From Balamuthia mandrillaris (taxonomy: Eukaryota), in the NCBI GenBank assembly GCA_031835245.2, contig JAVKOQ020000078.1, positions 1 through 64,000 of the forward strand: a DNA stretch of 64,000 nucleotides. The letters are read 5' to 3'. Of the stretch, positions 51,058-62,973 are shown in pieces. Under the pieces are notes generated by a model. That model was not told the origin of the DNA. It did no database searches and saw only the letters and a list, made by a program, of their open reading frames with translations. Both the position numbers and the translations under genes were made by a program. The first letter of the stretch is position 1; each line of letters opens with the position of its first letter.

Positions 51058-51390
51058 CCCTCTCAGGTGGCACCAGAGATATTACGTGGGGAGGCCTACA
51101 ACGAAAAATGCGATGTCTACTCCTTCGGCATCATACTATGGGAGCTCTGGAGCAAACAAGCGCCATTCGCATCCGCCGCTGGAGGAGAGGTGATGCCAGC
51201 AGTGCGCGTCGCCACCGAAGTGGCCTATCATGGGCGGCGGCCGCCCATCGCCTCGGACATGCCGGCGGAGATGGCCGCTCTTATTCGGAGCTGTTGGCAG
51301 GACAAGGCACACCTTCGTCCGTCTTTCTCCAAGGTCTTGGAGGAGCTTCGTGAAATGCCACTCTCCTGTTGGCGAGCCAAAGTCCTGTAA
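48563..51390 (+). CDS. Multi-pass (approx. 7TM) membrane domain fused to a TKL Ser/Thr kinase (multi-exon)
   Basis: About seven hydrophobic segments, then WKDLDVGQEIARGGYG, VAIK, HPNVL, HRDLKTMNLL, GTVQW|VAPE, DVYSFGI, CWQDKAHLRPSF. Confidence 0.85.
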
Positions 51391-51588
51391 ACGGAGTGAA
51401 ACATAATAACATATAAAGGAAGACACAAAGGAGACTTCCTTCATTTCAGATCCCAGAAGCCGCTCCACATGCAGGTGAGCGGCGAGGAGACCAAACTACT
51501 GTGGGAGCTGTTTTGGCCGAACAGCAGCTCTTTATCTGCCCTCCTGTCGCTGTTCGCTATCAAAGAGATCTGGTGGTCACAACGTTTG

Positions 51589-51696
51589 ACCCACCCCCCC
51601 CACCCAACACCAAAAACCACACCACAAACAAACCCCAACACCCCACCACACCAACCCCCCACCAACCAAACAACAAAAACAACCCACCCACCCCAA
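51589..51696. repeat. Degenerate C/A-only low-complexity tract
   Basis: Only C and A on the + strand. Confidence 0.9.
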
Positions 51697-52522
51697 CTCT
51701 GCCGGCGGGATATCCGCTCCGGATATCCGGCGGATGTATCCGTACCGTTTCCGCGGATATTCGGTCGGATATCCGCTGTTTTTATTTGAAAAACTTTATG
51801 ATACGGGTTTGAAAAATAATATGATGAGTTCCTTTTTGGGAAGCCACTGACGTCATGCTGCTCCGATTGATTATCGTTGATAATTATCAGAAAATTATTA
51901 TTGGTCTGAAAAATTTTAATTTTATTGCAGTAAAAAAAAATAACAAGGAAGGGGAGATGAGTTTGATACGTTGCTGCTCATTGCTGCCTAGATCACGTTC
52001 GCTGCAGAGCCACTTCCTTGCGCTATGCCCGTTGAGGTTCATCACCGCTTTGGAACGGTACTGGCCGCAGCGTCGTTCTGTTGGTTGAACTCGGTCCGCC
52101 TGATTCAAGGCCTTCTTTGGAAGGGACAGAAAGATGAACAGAGAGGGGAATGAAAAGAGAATAAGCAAAAGTTGTAAAGGTTTTCTTTGCTATGATCACA
52201 AACCTCTTCTTACTGACATGCAGAGAAAAAACGAAACGCACCAAGTAGAAATGGTCGTTAGGCAAGTGACGCGATGGTGAAATAATTGTGAATAAAGTGA
52301 GTGCGAATATCAGAAATACAAAGAAAAAGCGCACAGGGGCCTACGGTACCAATTGTCAAGTCTTACAAGCAACCATGGGAACCACAACAGAATCTTTTGG
52401 GTCTCTCATTTTTTCCTCTCCCAACTGCTCTTTCTTCCTCTGCTTTTTCGACTAAGGCTCTGCCTTGTTTTCAAGATTTAGATTTTAAATTTTAGAAACT
52501 AAAACAGAAAACTAAAATCGGA

Positions 52523-52737
52523 CCAACCCCCCCAACCAAACACCAACCACAAACCACCAAAAAACCCAACCCACCCCCCAAAAAACACACCACCACCAAC
52601 CAAACCACCACCACCCCACACCCCCACCACAACACCACAACCACACCAAAACCAAACAAAAAAAAAAAACAACACCAAACAACCAAACCCAACCCACACA
52701 ACACCCCCACCAAACACCCCCACCAAAACAACACCAA
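52523..52737. repeat. Degenerate C/A-only low-complexity tract
   Basis: Only C and A on the + strand. Confidence 0.9.
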
Positions 52738-52755
52738 GGGGAGGCGATTGTCACG

Positions 52756-53283
52756 ATGTACCATTACAACGGACTGCCACCTGCTGGACCACGATTGGCT
52801 TGCTTGCTTGTGTGTTTGTCTGCGTCTTGGTCGAAGCGGGTTGCATCAACAACAGAGCATGGAATGAAGGTGGCAATGATAGTCAGACGAAGACCCATCG
52901 CAGCAGCAGTACCACCAACAGCAAGCAACAATATGTGTTTGTGGGAATATGAAGTGGCTTTGGACAGAAACGAGAAAGTAGGAACCCAACTCAGAAAAGA
53001 GGAAGCAGAGAAGGCAGACGAGTGGAGGTGTCGTGACTGTGTTCTACGAGGAGAGTTCTTCGTGAACAGTGGCAAAGAGAACGCACAGCTCTGCAAGATG
53101 TGCCATAAAGCCAGAAAAGAATGTGGAGAGTGTTTATGGCTTCGTTATGAGGACCTGCCATTGGCAGCCCAGAAGGAAGCTGAATTGCATTATCTTCCAA
53201 AGATTGAGAATGTGCTTCGTTTGCGATGGCCTCTTGCTTCTGTTTCTTATCGTTTGTGTGGTGATAAGCCCCCTTCCCTTTAG
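52756..53283 (+). CDS. Hypothetical protein (probably a 3' exon) with RanBP2-like zinc finger
   Basis: WRCRDC...N...LCKMC matches W-x-C-x2-C..N..C-x2-C with expanded spacing. Confidence 0.55.
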   Translation: MYHYNGLPPAGPRLACLLVCLSASWSKRVASTTEHGMKVAMIVRRRPIAAAVPPTASNNMCLWEYEVALDRNEKVGTQLRKEEAEKADEWRCRDCVLRGEFFVNSGKENAQLCKMCHKARKECGECLWLRYEDLPLAAQKEAELHYLPKIENVLRLRWPLASVSYRLCGDKPPSL

Positions 53284-53452
53284 ACATGTGAATAATAAAT
53301 AAGAGTGGGGAAAAAAGAAAGAAAAGAAGGAGTTTGTGTTGCAGAAGAAACAATCACATAAATAATAAGGGACACAACATTCAAGGGGGAAAAAACTACA
53401 GGTTTTCTAAGTAGGAGAGAATAGGTTCTCTCCGTTCATTGAGGAGGGGCGC

Positions 53453-54227
53453 CTAATCCGTCCACCACTTTGAGCAAATGTAACGCAGCTTCATATTCTT
53501 TCTCTGTGTTGTTTTAAAAAGATTAAAACTAAGTCGTAGAGTGATATCATAAAGAAGAGAGGGAAGGGGGTTACCTGTGATGAGATTCTCGGATTTATCC
53601 TTAAGGATGGATTCTTTGACGGCGGCTTTGCTCTTGAACAAAACTCGATGCAAAAATTGCAGCTCGTTAACATCGAGAATGGTCAAATCTTTGATTGACT
53701 GTGGCTTCTCATTTCTACAGTCTGCCCAATCCACTGCATCTTCTAAATAAAGAAAGTTTGTCAAACGCAAAACAAAAGATAAATAAATAAAAAGAAAGTC
53801 TTCCTGTGATGATGGGTTTCTTACCACTGTCTTTTTTGGTGTCGGTGATAACTTTCTTCAAAAACCCAAACATCTTCTCTCGATTGTCTTCGATGAAACA
53901 GTTGACGATTTGCATGTAAGGTTCCTTCACGCCGAAAGCGACGTCGTTGGAGAGATTCTGAAGAAGTTTTGTGATCATGATGAGGTTTCTCCGGGAGGAT
54001 AGTGATGGTACTTTGCCCCATGGTAACATGCCATATGATTCTGGAGAAACCAACGCTGGATTGATGAACCTGTAACATTCAATGTTTTTGTGAGGAAGTG
54101 AAAAGGAAGGAAAGAAACTAGAGAAAGAAATGCTATACCGAAGAAGCAAAAAGCCACCCACAAGGGCGTATTCTTGTTCGGGGGCTCGTTCACGCGCATA
54201 TTCTGCAATTAATCCAGCAATAGCCCT

Positions 54228-54275
<48 letters not shown>

Positions 54276-56811
54276 AGCGCGCGAAGGTTAATTGACAATG
54301 GAAAATAAAAAGAAAGCTTTGGTTTGAGTGATACCGGATTTCTCTAGGAATGGCGTCTATCTTATCGTCTGACACAATTCTGTTGAATAATACAGTGGCG
54401 TGTGTGAGTAATGCCTTTTTGTTTTCATCTATGATGGCCTCTAGCTCTGTTTCACTAATGGTCGGCTCTGGCACTGTCTCTCCTTCTTTTGCGTTCTTCA
54501 TCAGATCTTCCTTTCGTTGTGCCACAATTTCCTGTTCCAATTTTCTTCAAACACAAAAACAAAAACAATTCAGTCAACAAGACAGACAAACTTAAACAAA
54601 AAGAAAGCAAAATCGAAAAGAAGTAGGAGAAGAACAAGAAGAAAAAGCAGATATACCTTGGATTCAGCTCGAAGCAGATATTCTCATCAAAGACGATGCT
54701 TTTGACGGCCAGACCAAGAGACGAGTTAAGATATTCGGTACCTATCTTACGAGAAAACCCGCCCATAACTTTACTAACTGTACAATTGCCACGAAGAATG
54801 CTGGCATCCCCTTCTGCATCGCTTTTGTAGAACTCCACGTCCAAAAGGCTGTTGATGAGGGAGATGGTGGTGCCCATTGGTATGGATATGTGGAGCAGAG
54901 CTTTTGCCAAGTTGTTGTACTCTGCTTTACCAACACATGTTGATAATTTCTTTGCAATTCTATGCAAAACACAAAAAGTTTAAAAATGGTCGACACAAGA
55001 CGTAAGATAAAGAAATAAAGAAGGGAAAAGAAAGAATAGATCAAAGAGGATAACTTACACTGGGCTCTCTGCGAGAGCTGTCACCATTTTCTCGTAACGC
55101 TTTAACTGCTCCATGCGTTGCTTTTCTTGCAATACAGCTTTCTCATCTGGACAAAAGTTGGCGATGATTTCAGCCATTTCCTCTCTGTGCTCCTTCTTGG
55201 CTACATCCAGAGCGGTCAACCCATCCTTAGCCCGAATATTTTTATCGACGCCGTGATAGAGCAACGTCCTCACGATTTGATGTCTTCCCAGTAACACAGC
55301 ATAGTGTAATGCGGTTTCTCCATTCCTGTGTTCAATGTTAAGAATTCAAATAAAGAAACCAGGAAGAAAGAACGTGAACGCGTTCGCGAATATCATCGTT
55401 TAAACAAAGAGTAGACGGGCATGAAAAAAAAAAAAAAAGAAAAAGAAAGAAAAAGAAGAGGAAGAGGAAGAAGAACAAGAACAAGAAGAAACGTAACACA
55501 AGAGGAAGAGGGATATTACTTGTTAACAGCATTCATGTTGGCACCCCATTGCGCAAGTTGAAGAATGGCAAGGTCGTTACCAACTCGGGTGGCTTGATGC
55601 AAAGGAGACTCGCCCCGAAAGTTTTGGGCATCGATGTCAGCCTTCCTCTTTATCAACATCTTGATGAGCTCCGACAGGAGCGTGAAGGCATGACCAGTGG
55701 TAGGCGCGTGTCGCACGAGGTAATGCAAGGCGCTCGTGTCGTCGATGTTGACGAGGTTTACGTCCACTTTCTTCTGTCCGAGAAGAAACTTGCAAACATC
55801 CAGGTAACCCTTGCTCGCGGCCAGAACCAACGGCGTACACTTAGTTTTGTTGTTCATGTCGTTGATATTGGCCCGCTTGCTCACCAAGAAACGAACCAGC
55901 TCGAGGTCGTTTCTCTCCACGGCGACGTGCAGGGCAGACATTTGCTCCTCGGTGTCGATCCAGGACTGCAAAGTACGTTTGGTGTTGTTGAGGCCACTGG
56001 CACGGATGCCGATCATTCCCACGCCAACACCACCCACCATGCCTCGCTTTTTCTCTCCTCCTCCTTCCGATGAGGATGAGGCGGAGGCGGTCGAGTTGGC
56101 ACGACTCCTTTTCAGCTGTTTCAGAGCGAGACGAACCTGTTCGAGCTCTCCCGAGTGAAGGGCTTGGTGGAAGAACATGTCCGCGTCAGTGCCGCTGTCG
56201 GAGGGTTGCATGGATGGCTCTGTGCCCACTGAGTAGGAACGAGGATGGTGCGTAGCGGAGGAAGAAGAGGCAGAAGAGGAGGAAGCAGAAGGGGTGGTGG
56301 GACTGCTTCTGGGAGAGGAGCCGCCGCTTTTTTGTTTTTCGACTTTTTTATCGGTGTGAGGAGAAGGAGGGGACGTGCTGCTGCGCAGCTTCGCTGCTGA
56401 AGATGAGTTGTTCTCCGCGGTTTTGGGTGCTGTTTTTGTGGCGCCTGTCGTCTCGCTTTCACCCTTGGTCTTGTATTCTGCTGTAGATTCGTTGCTGGTT
56501 GATTTTGGCGATTTGTTGCCCGCGCCACCGCTTTTTTTGGTGGCTGTCTCAGCGGAGGCCGATGCCTTTCGCCGGGCCTCTTTCTTGCCTTCCTTTGCTG
56601 TGTCTGGCGATGAGGTGGCGGTCCCCTCCACTGATGACGAAGAGGCAGTAGGTGAGGATTGGCTAGCGCTCTTCTTTGCCTTTTTCTTTCTCTTGAGGGT
56701 GCCGCCCTCAACCGTCGATGGTGAAACGGTGGCCGTTACGTCCTCCCCTCCTCCTCCGCTCTTGTTTGTTGTCGACACATCCTTCTCTTCTTTGTCGGTG
56801 GTGGTGCTCAT
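53453..56811 (-). CDS. Ankyrin-repeat RasGAP protein (multi-exon)
   Basis: Ankyrin repeats (SALHVAV, TPLVLAA, SALHYL, SPLHQA, TALHYA); RasGAP motifs ILRGNC, GGFLLLR|FINPALVSPE, LQNLSN...KEPYM. Confidence 0.92.
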
Positions 56812-58244
56812 CGCGAACTAACAATAAAAAAATAAAATACCTCAGCCGCCGAACCTAGTGGCTGAGAGAGATTTTTGTGTTCCTCCAACAAACCAAAAAA
56901 AAAAAAACAAAAAAAACAAAAATAGGGTTGAAAGAGAGAGGGCGAAAGCAACGGTGACTGTCTTTTTCTTTCTCTTTTTTTTTTCTATGTCTCTCTTGCG
57001 CTGAAAGAAGAGGAAGAAGAGGAAGAGGGAGAGAAAAAAAACAAGTTGGTTGCTTTTTTGTCTGTCTGTTCCTCTGGTCGTTTAACCCGCGGCTCTTTTA
57101 TTCGCTCCTTCTTTTTGTGTGTGCTTTTTTTTTTGCAGAACGCAGCTTCAGGTTACGCTTCATTATTATTGCGGCATTAATTATTATTGTTATTATCAAA
57201 GCGTTTAATAAATGAACACACGACGCGATGCATTATTGCCCCCAACAGAATTTCTGTTTGTCTATCGCTGCATCTCGATGGAAAGCCACGGTTTTGTGTG
57301 GACAATCTCGTGTTCTCCATTCGCTCCGTCCGTTGTTGCCTTTTTTCTTTCGCCTCCTCTAGAAAATGCTAGGAATTAGATTTACGTTGTTTTTCAGCAG
57401 AAATATCAGAAGCACAAGCTGCCTTGCAAATTGCGCAATATTGTAATGCTTGGCATTGCAACCAGAGGGAAAACAAGTAGAAACTGCAAAGGAAGTAGGG
57501 CACGGAGGAATTTTTAATTCTCTTGGGGCTTGTACTTGCCTTTGCTTCCTTTCGGGTGCTCACACGCACCCTTTCGCTGTGTTACATTTGGCTACACCCC
57601 ATTTAATTCTTCTGCGCATTGTTTCGGTGCAACGGTTTTTTTTTTTCCGGCTCGTCGTGGAAGTTACTTGCGTGCAAAAATTCCATATCTATTTCCCCTT
57701 TAGGTGTAATTTCTCCTTTTTAGGATCTTTCACCAGTATGAGCAAAACACCGATGGATCACAAAAATGGCAGCCTTTCCTCCAGTTTTCTGCGAGCTCTC
57801 CTCCCTGCCCCTTACCGTTTTTCTAGCAAAATTCCCACTCAACTTGAAGGCAAAGATGCGAGCGACTGCGTTACACGCGTTAGAATGAGAGGGATCAGCA
57901 ACAAAAAATTTAATAAAGGAACGGAGAAAGGTGCCTATTTTAATGCTAAGTTTTCCTTTTTGCAAGCTTCTTTCCTGCTTTCTTTCTTTCTTTTTTACAA
58001 GCTCTAGGCCCTTTAATTACTGGCGTTGGAGTATTTGACGAAGCTTTAAAACGGTTTTTCATTTTTATTTTTCTCTCTCACCCGAACACCAAACAAACAA
58101 CACAAACACAAACCAACCAACGCGCCCATTACAGTTGCTCCTTTATTTTTTTTTCATCTCTTGGAGCAACCACTTTATTCCAACACCAACTCCTGCTACA
58201 TTTTTTTTTTGTTTGCAATATTTTGGCAAAACTCCTACTACACA

Positions 58245-59315
58245 ATGAGTATCGACAAAAGAGAAATGTTTGGCTTGCACGGAGCTTACAACGACAGCGT
58301 GGACATGGACGAGGGCGGCTTCTTCTGCAGAGACAGGCCAAACTCCCCTCCGAACCCTCCTGGCAGCAGCTCCACCCCGAGAAGAGCAGACGCTGGCCGG
58401 TCGATCTTGCCTCCGCTACACGCTGCCTTGGCCTCTTCCTCCGCCTTTGCCTCGTCAGCTTCCTCCACAACTGCTTCTACCATCCCATTTGGACTTCCTC
58501 CTCTGCGAGTGACTTTCAGGAAGAACCCAACCATGCAACAACCCACAAAGTCCTTCCAGTGCTGCCCTACTACCGCTCACACCGCCTATCCCTCGGACAA
58601 GAGCCCAGCTATGGGGAAGACCTTGTTTCCGAAACCACAGCTACCTACCTTCCAACTTCAACCTCCTTCCTTGTTGCCACAGTCTGCTTTCTCTAGCCCT
58701 TGCAGCTCTCCTACTCGTCCTCAACCCGTTACCTCTTCCTCCCGGCCAGCTTCACCACTGCTCACTAAAGTAGAGATCCCTATTACAGTTGATAACGAGC
58801 CCAAATCCTCCGCTCCTTCTTCTCCCTGTTCTTCTCCCTGTTCCTCGCCTTCTTCGCCTTCCTTCCAATTCGTGCCAGGCCTCAAGGAAGAACAACCAAC
58901 ACCTCCCCAAAAGGGAGAAGCCACCACGGAAGTAGCTTCCATCCTTGCCTCATTGCCTTTCTATGTGAGCCTCCACCAAGCCTACAAACAAGCCTTAGAG
59001 AAGGAAGAGGCCCGAGCAAAGGAGGAGGAGGAGAGGATGAAGAACGGCCTGCACGAGGGAGCTGGCATCACCAAGCGCCCACCCAGGAAAAAGCCCTCCA
59101 AGACCGGCAGGCGGAGGATCAAGACCACGGAGGCCCAGAAGGAAGTCCTAGAAAAGATCTACGAGACAACCAAGTGGCCGGACAAGGAGATGAGGGCCTA
59201 TCTCTCTGAGTTCTTGCAGATGAAGCCCCAGAGAAGGGTTCAAGTCTGGTTCCAGAACCGACGGGCAGCGGAGAAGAAAGAGGAAACGGTGTCATTGACA
59301 ACACACCACGTGTAA
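58245..59315 (+). CDS. Homeodomain transcription factor (single exon)
   Basis: RRRIKTTEAQKEVLEKIY...WPDKEMR..LS...RVQVWFQNRRA (Q50 class), with a one-residue insertion before helix 3. Confidence 0.92.
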   Translation: MSIDKREMFGLHGAYNDSVDMDEGGFFCRDRPNSPPNPPGSSSTPRRADAGRSILPPLHAALASSSAFASSASSTTASTIPFGLPPLRVTFRKNPTMQQPTKSFQCCPTTAHTAYPSDKSPAMGKTLFPKPQLPTFQLQPPSLLPQSAFSSPCSSPTRPQPVTSSSRPASPLLTKVEIPITVDNEPKSSAPSSPCSSPCSSPSSPSFQFVPGLKEEQPTPPQKGEATTEVASILASLPFYVSLHQAYKQALEKEEARAKEEEERMKNGLHEGAGITKRPPRKKPSKTGRRRIKTTEAQKEVLEKIYETTKWPDKEMRAYLSEFLQMKPQRRVQVWFQNRRAAEKKEETVSLTTHHV

Positions 59316-59881
59316 TCACCTCCTTTTCTTTTTCTTCCCGTTAGACTTTTGTTTTCGATGAGAGCAAGCAGCAAAAAAGATACAGACAAACACCAGCAAG
59401 GTAGTCTTGGTGGTGCACAAAGACAGCATGTAAAAATTTGTAAGCTAAAAAGACATTAAATTAATGCAAAAAATGTCTCTCTATGTCCTCTTAAAGCCTT
59501 TTATACAAGTCAACGAGAATGATGTTTCCTCGCTGATTCCTCACACAAACTTCCTCCAAAACCGTATAAGAGAGGCAAGCGTTGCGTTGTTTGCCCAACA
59601 AAGAAGAAGGTCATCGTGAGGACAACCATGGTAACACATTAATGAAAATTATCTAATTTAGGAGATCGATAATTATCGGAAGATATCCTAATACAGCAAA
59701 ACGGTTGAATTATCTGTTCCCCAACATCCGAACACTACTATACACAAAAATAACGTTTGCAAAACAAATAAAACAACAACAAAACTGCAAACAAAAAACA
59801 ATAGAAGAGCATTACTCCCCCTTTTGAAATAGTGCTGCAGGTTTTTTCTGTTTAAGAAAACATTTTTTTAAAAAAACAAAC

Positions 59882-61957
59882 ATGTTAGGCTGCTTGAAAG
59901 CACCGCGAGAAGAAGCACAGGCGGAGGGCGGCAAAAAGAGGCGGACCTCCAACGCCTCCGCCAGCAGGAGAGGTAGCGTGAGAGGCGGCCCGCCCAGCAA
60001 GAAGTCCGGCAGCGACTCCAATACAGAAAGCGAGACGGAGCTGAGCAAGCAGGAGGCAAAGATCAACGCGGCTCACCAGGCATTCAAGGCACACATCAGG
60101 GAAGTGGACTCCTTTTTCACCCGTAACGCCAATCTTTTGGGAGTTGAGGTTTGTTTCTGCTTCTTCTTTACATTCTTTCGATTTGTTTTTTTTTTCTGAG
60201 CAAATATTGTCTTGTTCTCCTTCATTGTTTGCGTTTGTTATGTAACACAAATAGGTGGTGCCACCTACAGCAAAACAGAAGGCGGTTTGTGGTCCGGACG
60301 ACAAGCTCTCCCCTGTTTCACACAAAGACAAACTTTACGGCTGCGCCTCTTCCAACTATCCCAAGAAGGCAGTGTTAGTACTGTTCCTTCTCCTCTGCTT
60401 TTGTTCTCCTTGCTCTCTTGTTCTCTTCTCTTTCTTTTCTCCGCGCTCTAAATGTTTAATCTTACTTCTTTTCTTACGGTCGTTTTACTTGATGATCAAC
60501 AGAAGAAAAGGCGAAGAACCGAAAGGAGAAAAACTCGGTGACCCGGTATGCGATGCCTTTGCATACCAGTTCCTGGTGGAAGCTTCCGACGACGAAGAAG
60601 ACGAGGACGACGAAGGCAAGGACATGATCTTGATGACGGTGGCCGACGGTTGTAATTGGGGACCCAAACCCTTCGAGGCCGCTCACATCGGCTGTTCTGC
60701 CTTCTTGGACTTTGTCAGCTCCAACGCCAAAGACCTAAAGAACGTGCGAGCGGTGGCCTCCACTCTGCTCAAGGGCTTTGCGCATGCTCACACCAAGATC
60801 ATGGAGGCGCCCATTAAGAGAGGCATCAAAGACGTCTGGGAGACCGGCACGACCACCTTGTTGGGCTGCGTGTTGTTGAGGTTGGAGGAGGAGGCGGCCA
60901 AAACCATGGAGTGCTCTCATATACTTGTGGCCGCTAACGTAGGTGACTGCAAGGCCTTTCATTATAACCTCAGAGAACGGTTTGTTTATCAAGCTTGCTT
61001 TCCTTCTCTCTCTCTCTCTCTCTCCTCTCTCCTCTCTCCCTCCCCTATATCCCTCCCCTCTCTTTCAATATTCATTCGACTGTTGAAAACAGGAGAGTGA
61101 CGGACTTGACGACAGGCAACAGGCCAGCAGACTCGCCCACCACAAATGTGAATGATCCAGGTGGTAGGCTGGGTCCTTACGTCGGCCAAAATGGAGAGGC
61201 CGACCTAAGGAACTTGGCTGCGTTCGCTATGCCTTGCCGTAAAGGCGATCTCTTTATCCTAGCCACAGATGGCATCACCGATAACCTCGATCCTCAACAA
61301 CTGGGTCTCCATCCTCATGAGGTCAATTTGGAATGGTTAGCTTACTCTGTTATCTTTACTCGTTTTTCTGTTCTCTTGTTTGTTCTTTGTTCTCTTATCT
61401 GTTTCGTTTCTCTTTTCTAACACTGTTGAATAAAAAGTGCAACGTGGGAGGAAGCAGATGTAAAGGACTCGGAAAGGGCCAAAGATGAGTACAGAATCCA
61501 ATTCCTGGCCAATCTGGCCAAAGGTGGAAAGCCTCCCGTCATCGTCGACGACCAGGAAGAACAAGACGAAGGTCAGGACGACGAAGGAAAGGCCGACGAG
61601 AATGATGAAGGCTCTGACAAAGAAGGTACAGGCACTTCATCATCCAGTGATGAAAGTGAAGAAGATGACACAGAGAAGAAGAGCAGCGAAAAGAAAAAGG
61701 GCAAACAAAAGGCCAAAAAGAGCGACGATAAGAAGAAGAAAAATAAGCATAAGAAGAAAGGAGACGCAACAGCCGAGCCCAACCTTCAACGCATCGCCCA
61801 AGCTTTGATCAACCACGCGGACCAAATCACCAGGTTCAGCAGGGAGTGGATGGAGGCTAACCCTACGGAGCGCATGCCCGATGAAAGGTCCAGGAAAAAG
61901 AACCCCAAGTTCCGAGGCAAGATGGACCACGGCACCATCCTCCTCTTCCGTGTGTGA
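59882..61957 (+). CDS. PP2C/PPM-like phosphatase-domain protein (multi-exon)
   Basis: DPVCD, VADGCNWG, GTTTL, NVGDCKA, DPGGRLGP, ATDGITDNLDP, GKMDHGT. Confidence 0.88.
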
Positions 61958-62103
61958 TGCGCATTCGAATGGTGGCCTTTGTATTTTACATTGCATTTAT
62001 TTTTGTTTGTCAATTATTATTTAACAAATATTTAAAGCAACGATTTTTGTGCATTTTTTAATTCTTTGGTTAATTTTTTACTTGTTTTTTCCATTACCAA
62101 TAA

Positions 62104-62610
62104 TTATTTGCTTTGGGAAGAGCTCTCTCCTTGATACCAACCCACCACGTCTTGGACGAGAGCCTCGAGGTTGTCCCGCACGGCTATCTCCGGACGAACT
62201 AAGCCGGTCTGGATCTCCACGTCCAGCTTGCGCTGATACTCGGGGTGACAGCCCACGAAGAGGGGGCGATCGTTCTTCATGGACCAAGCCCCAAGCTCGT
62301 AAAGAGAGATGGGGCAGAGCGTCTCGTGGGGGAACCAGAAGAGGATGGCGCTGGCCTTGCGGAGGTGGTCGTGCTCCCACTTTATCTGCTGGGCGGAGAG
62401 GGACTTGTCGGAGGCGTCCCACTTGGCTCTACGCGGATTGAACACGCGCAGCGAGGGGCATTGGGACAAAAGGGGAGCCAGCACTTCCTTTTGCCAGTCC
62501 ACGCACCCGGTGATGCCTCCAGCTAAAAACAAGGTAAGCTGCTTCTTCCCGTCCTTTGATTCTTCGTATTCCCTTGGGCACTCATAGTAATGGTCGTTGG
62601 CTTCTTCCAT
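62104..62610 (-). CDS. Nucleoside 2-deoxyribosyltransferase-like protein (single exon)
   Basis: LFLAGGITGCVDWQ, VFNPRR, QIKWE, ILFWFP, PISLYELG (catalytic Glu motif). Confidence 0.85.
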   Translation of the reverse strand: MEEANDHYYECPREYEESKDGKKQLTLFLAGGITGCVDWQKEVLAPLLSQCPSLRVFNPRRAKWDASDKSLSAQQIKWEHDHLRKASAILFWFPHETLCPISLYELGAWSMKNDRPLFVGCHPEYQRKLDVEIQTGLVRPEIAVRDNLEALVQDVVGWYQGESSSQSK

Positions 62611-62973
62611 TTTTGTTGTTGTCGCTACTCTTTTGTTCCACTTGCGAACCGCGGCCCCTTTTTCGTGAAACTTTTCATGCATACCAATCATGCTTTACAT
62701 TCCACAAAGGTATGTACATATCATCATTCCTTGCATTCCCCAAAATTTATTTTCGCCTTTTCGTTCGATTGCCTGATTTAGAGCGAACGACCGTTATCGA
62801 AATAAAAGTGGGGCGAGAAAGAAGTCTTTGTTTGGCTGTTTAGCTTTTTGTCTTTCAAGATTGGTGACAAACGGCGACGAAACAGACTTTTCGCTTCGTA
62901 ACGGCTTAGTTCTTGCTGTTGTTTTAGGCTTCTTCTTTGGTTGGTTTTACACTCGATATTAATAACACCCATT

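Noticed and set aside
51589..52737. C/A tracts as telomeric repeats
   Set aside because: No regular CCCTAA-type unit, no T residues, and an internal gene-dense location.
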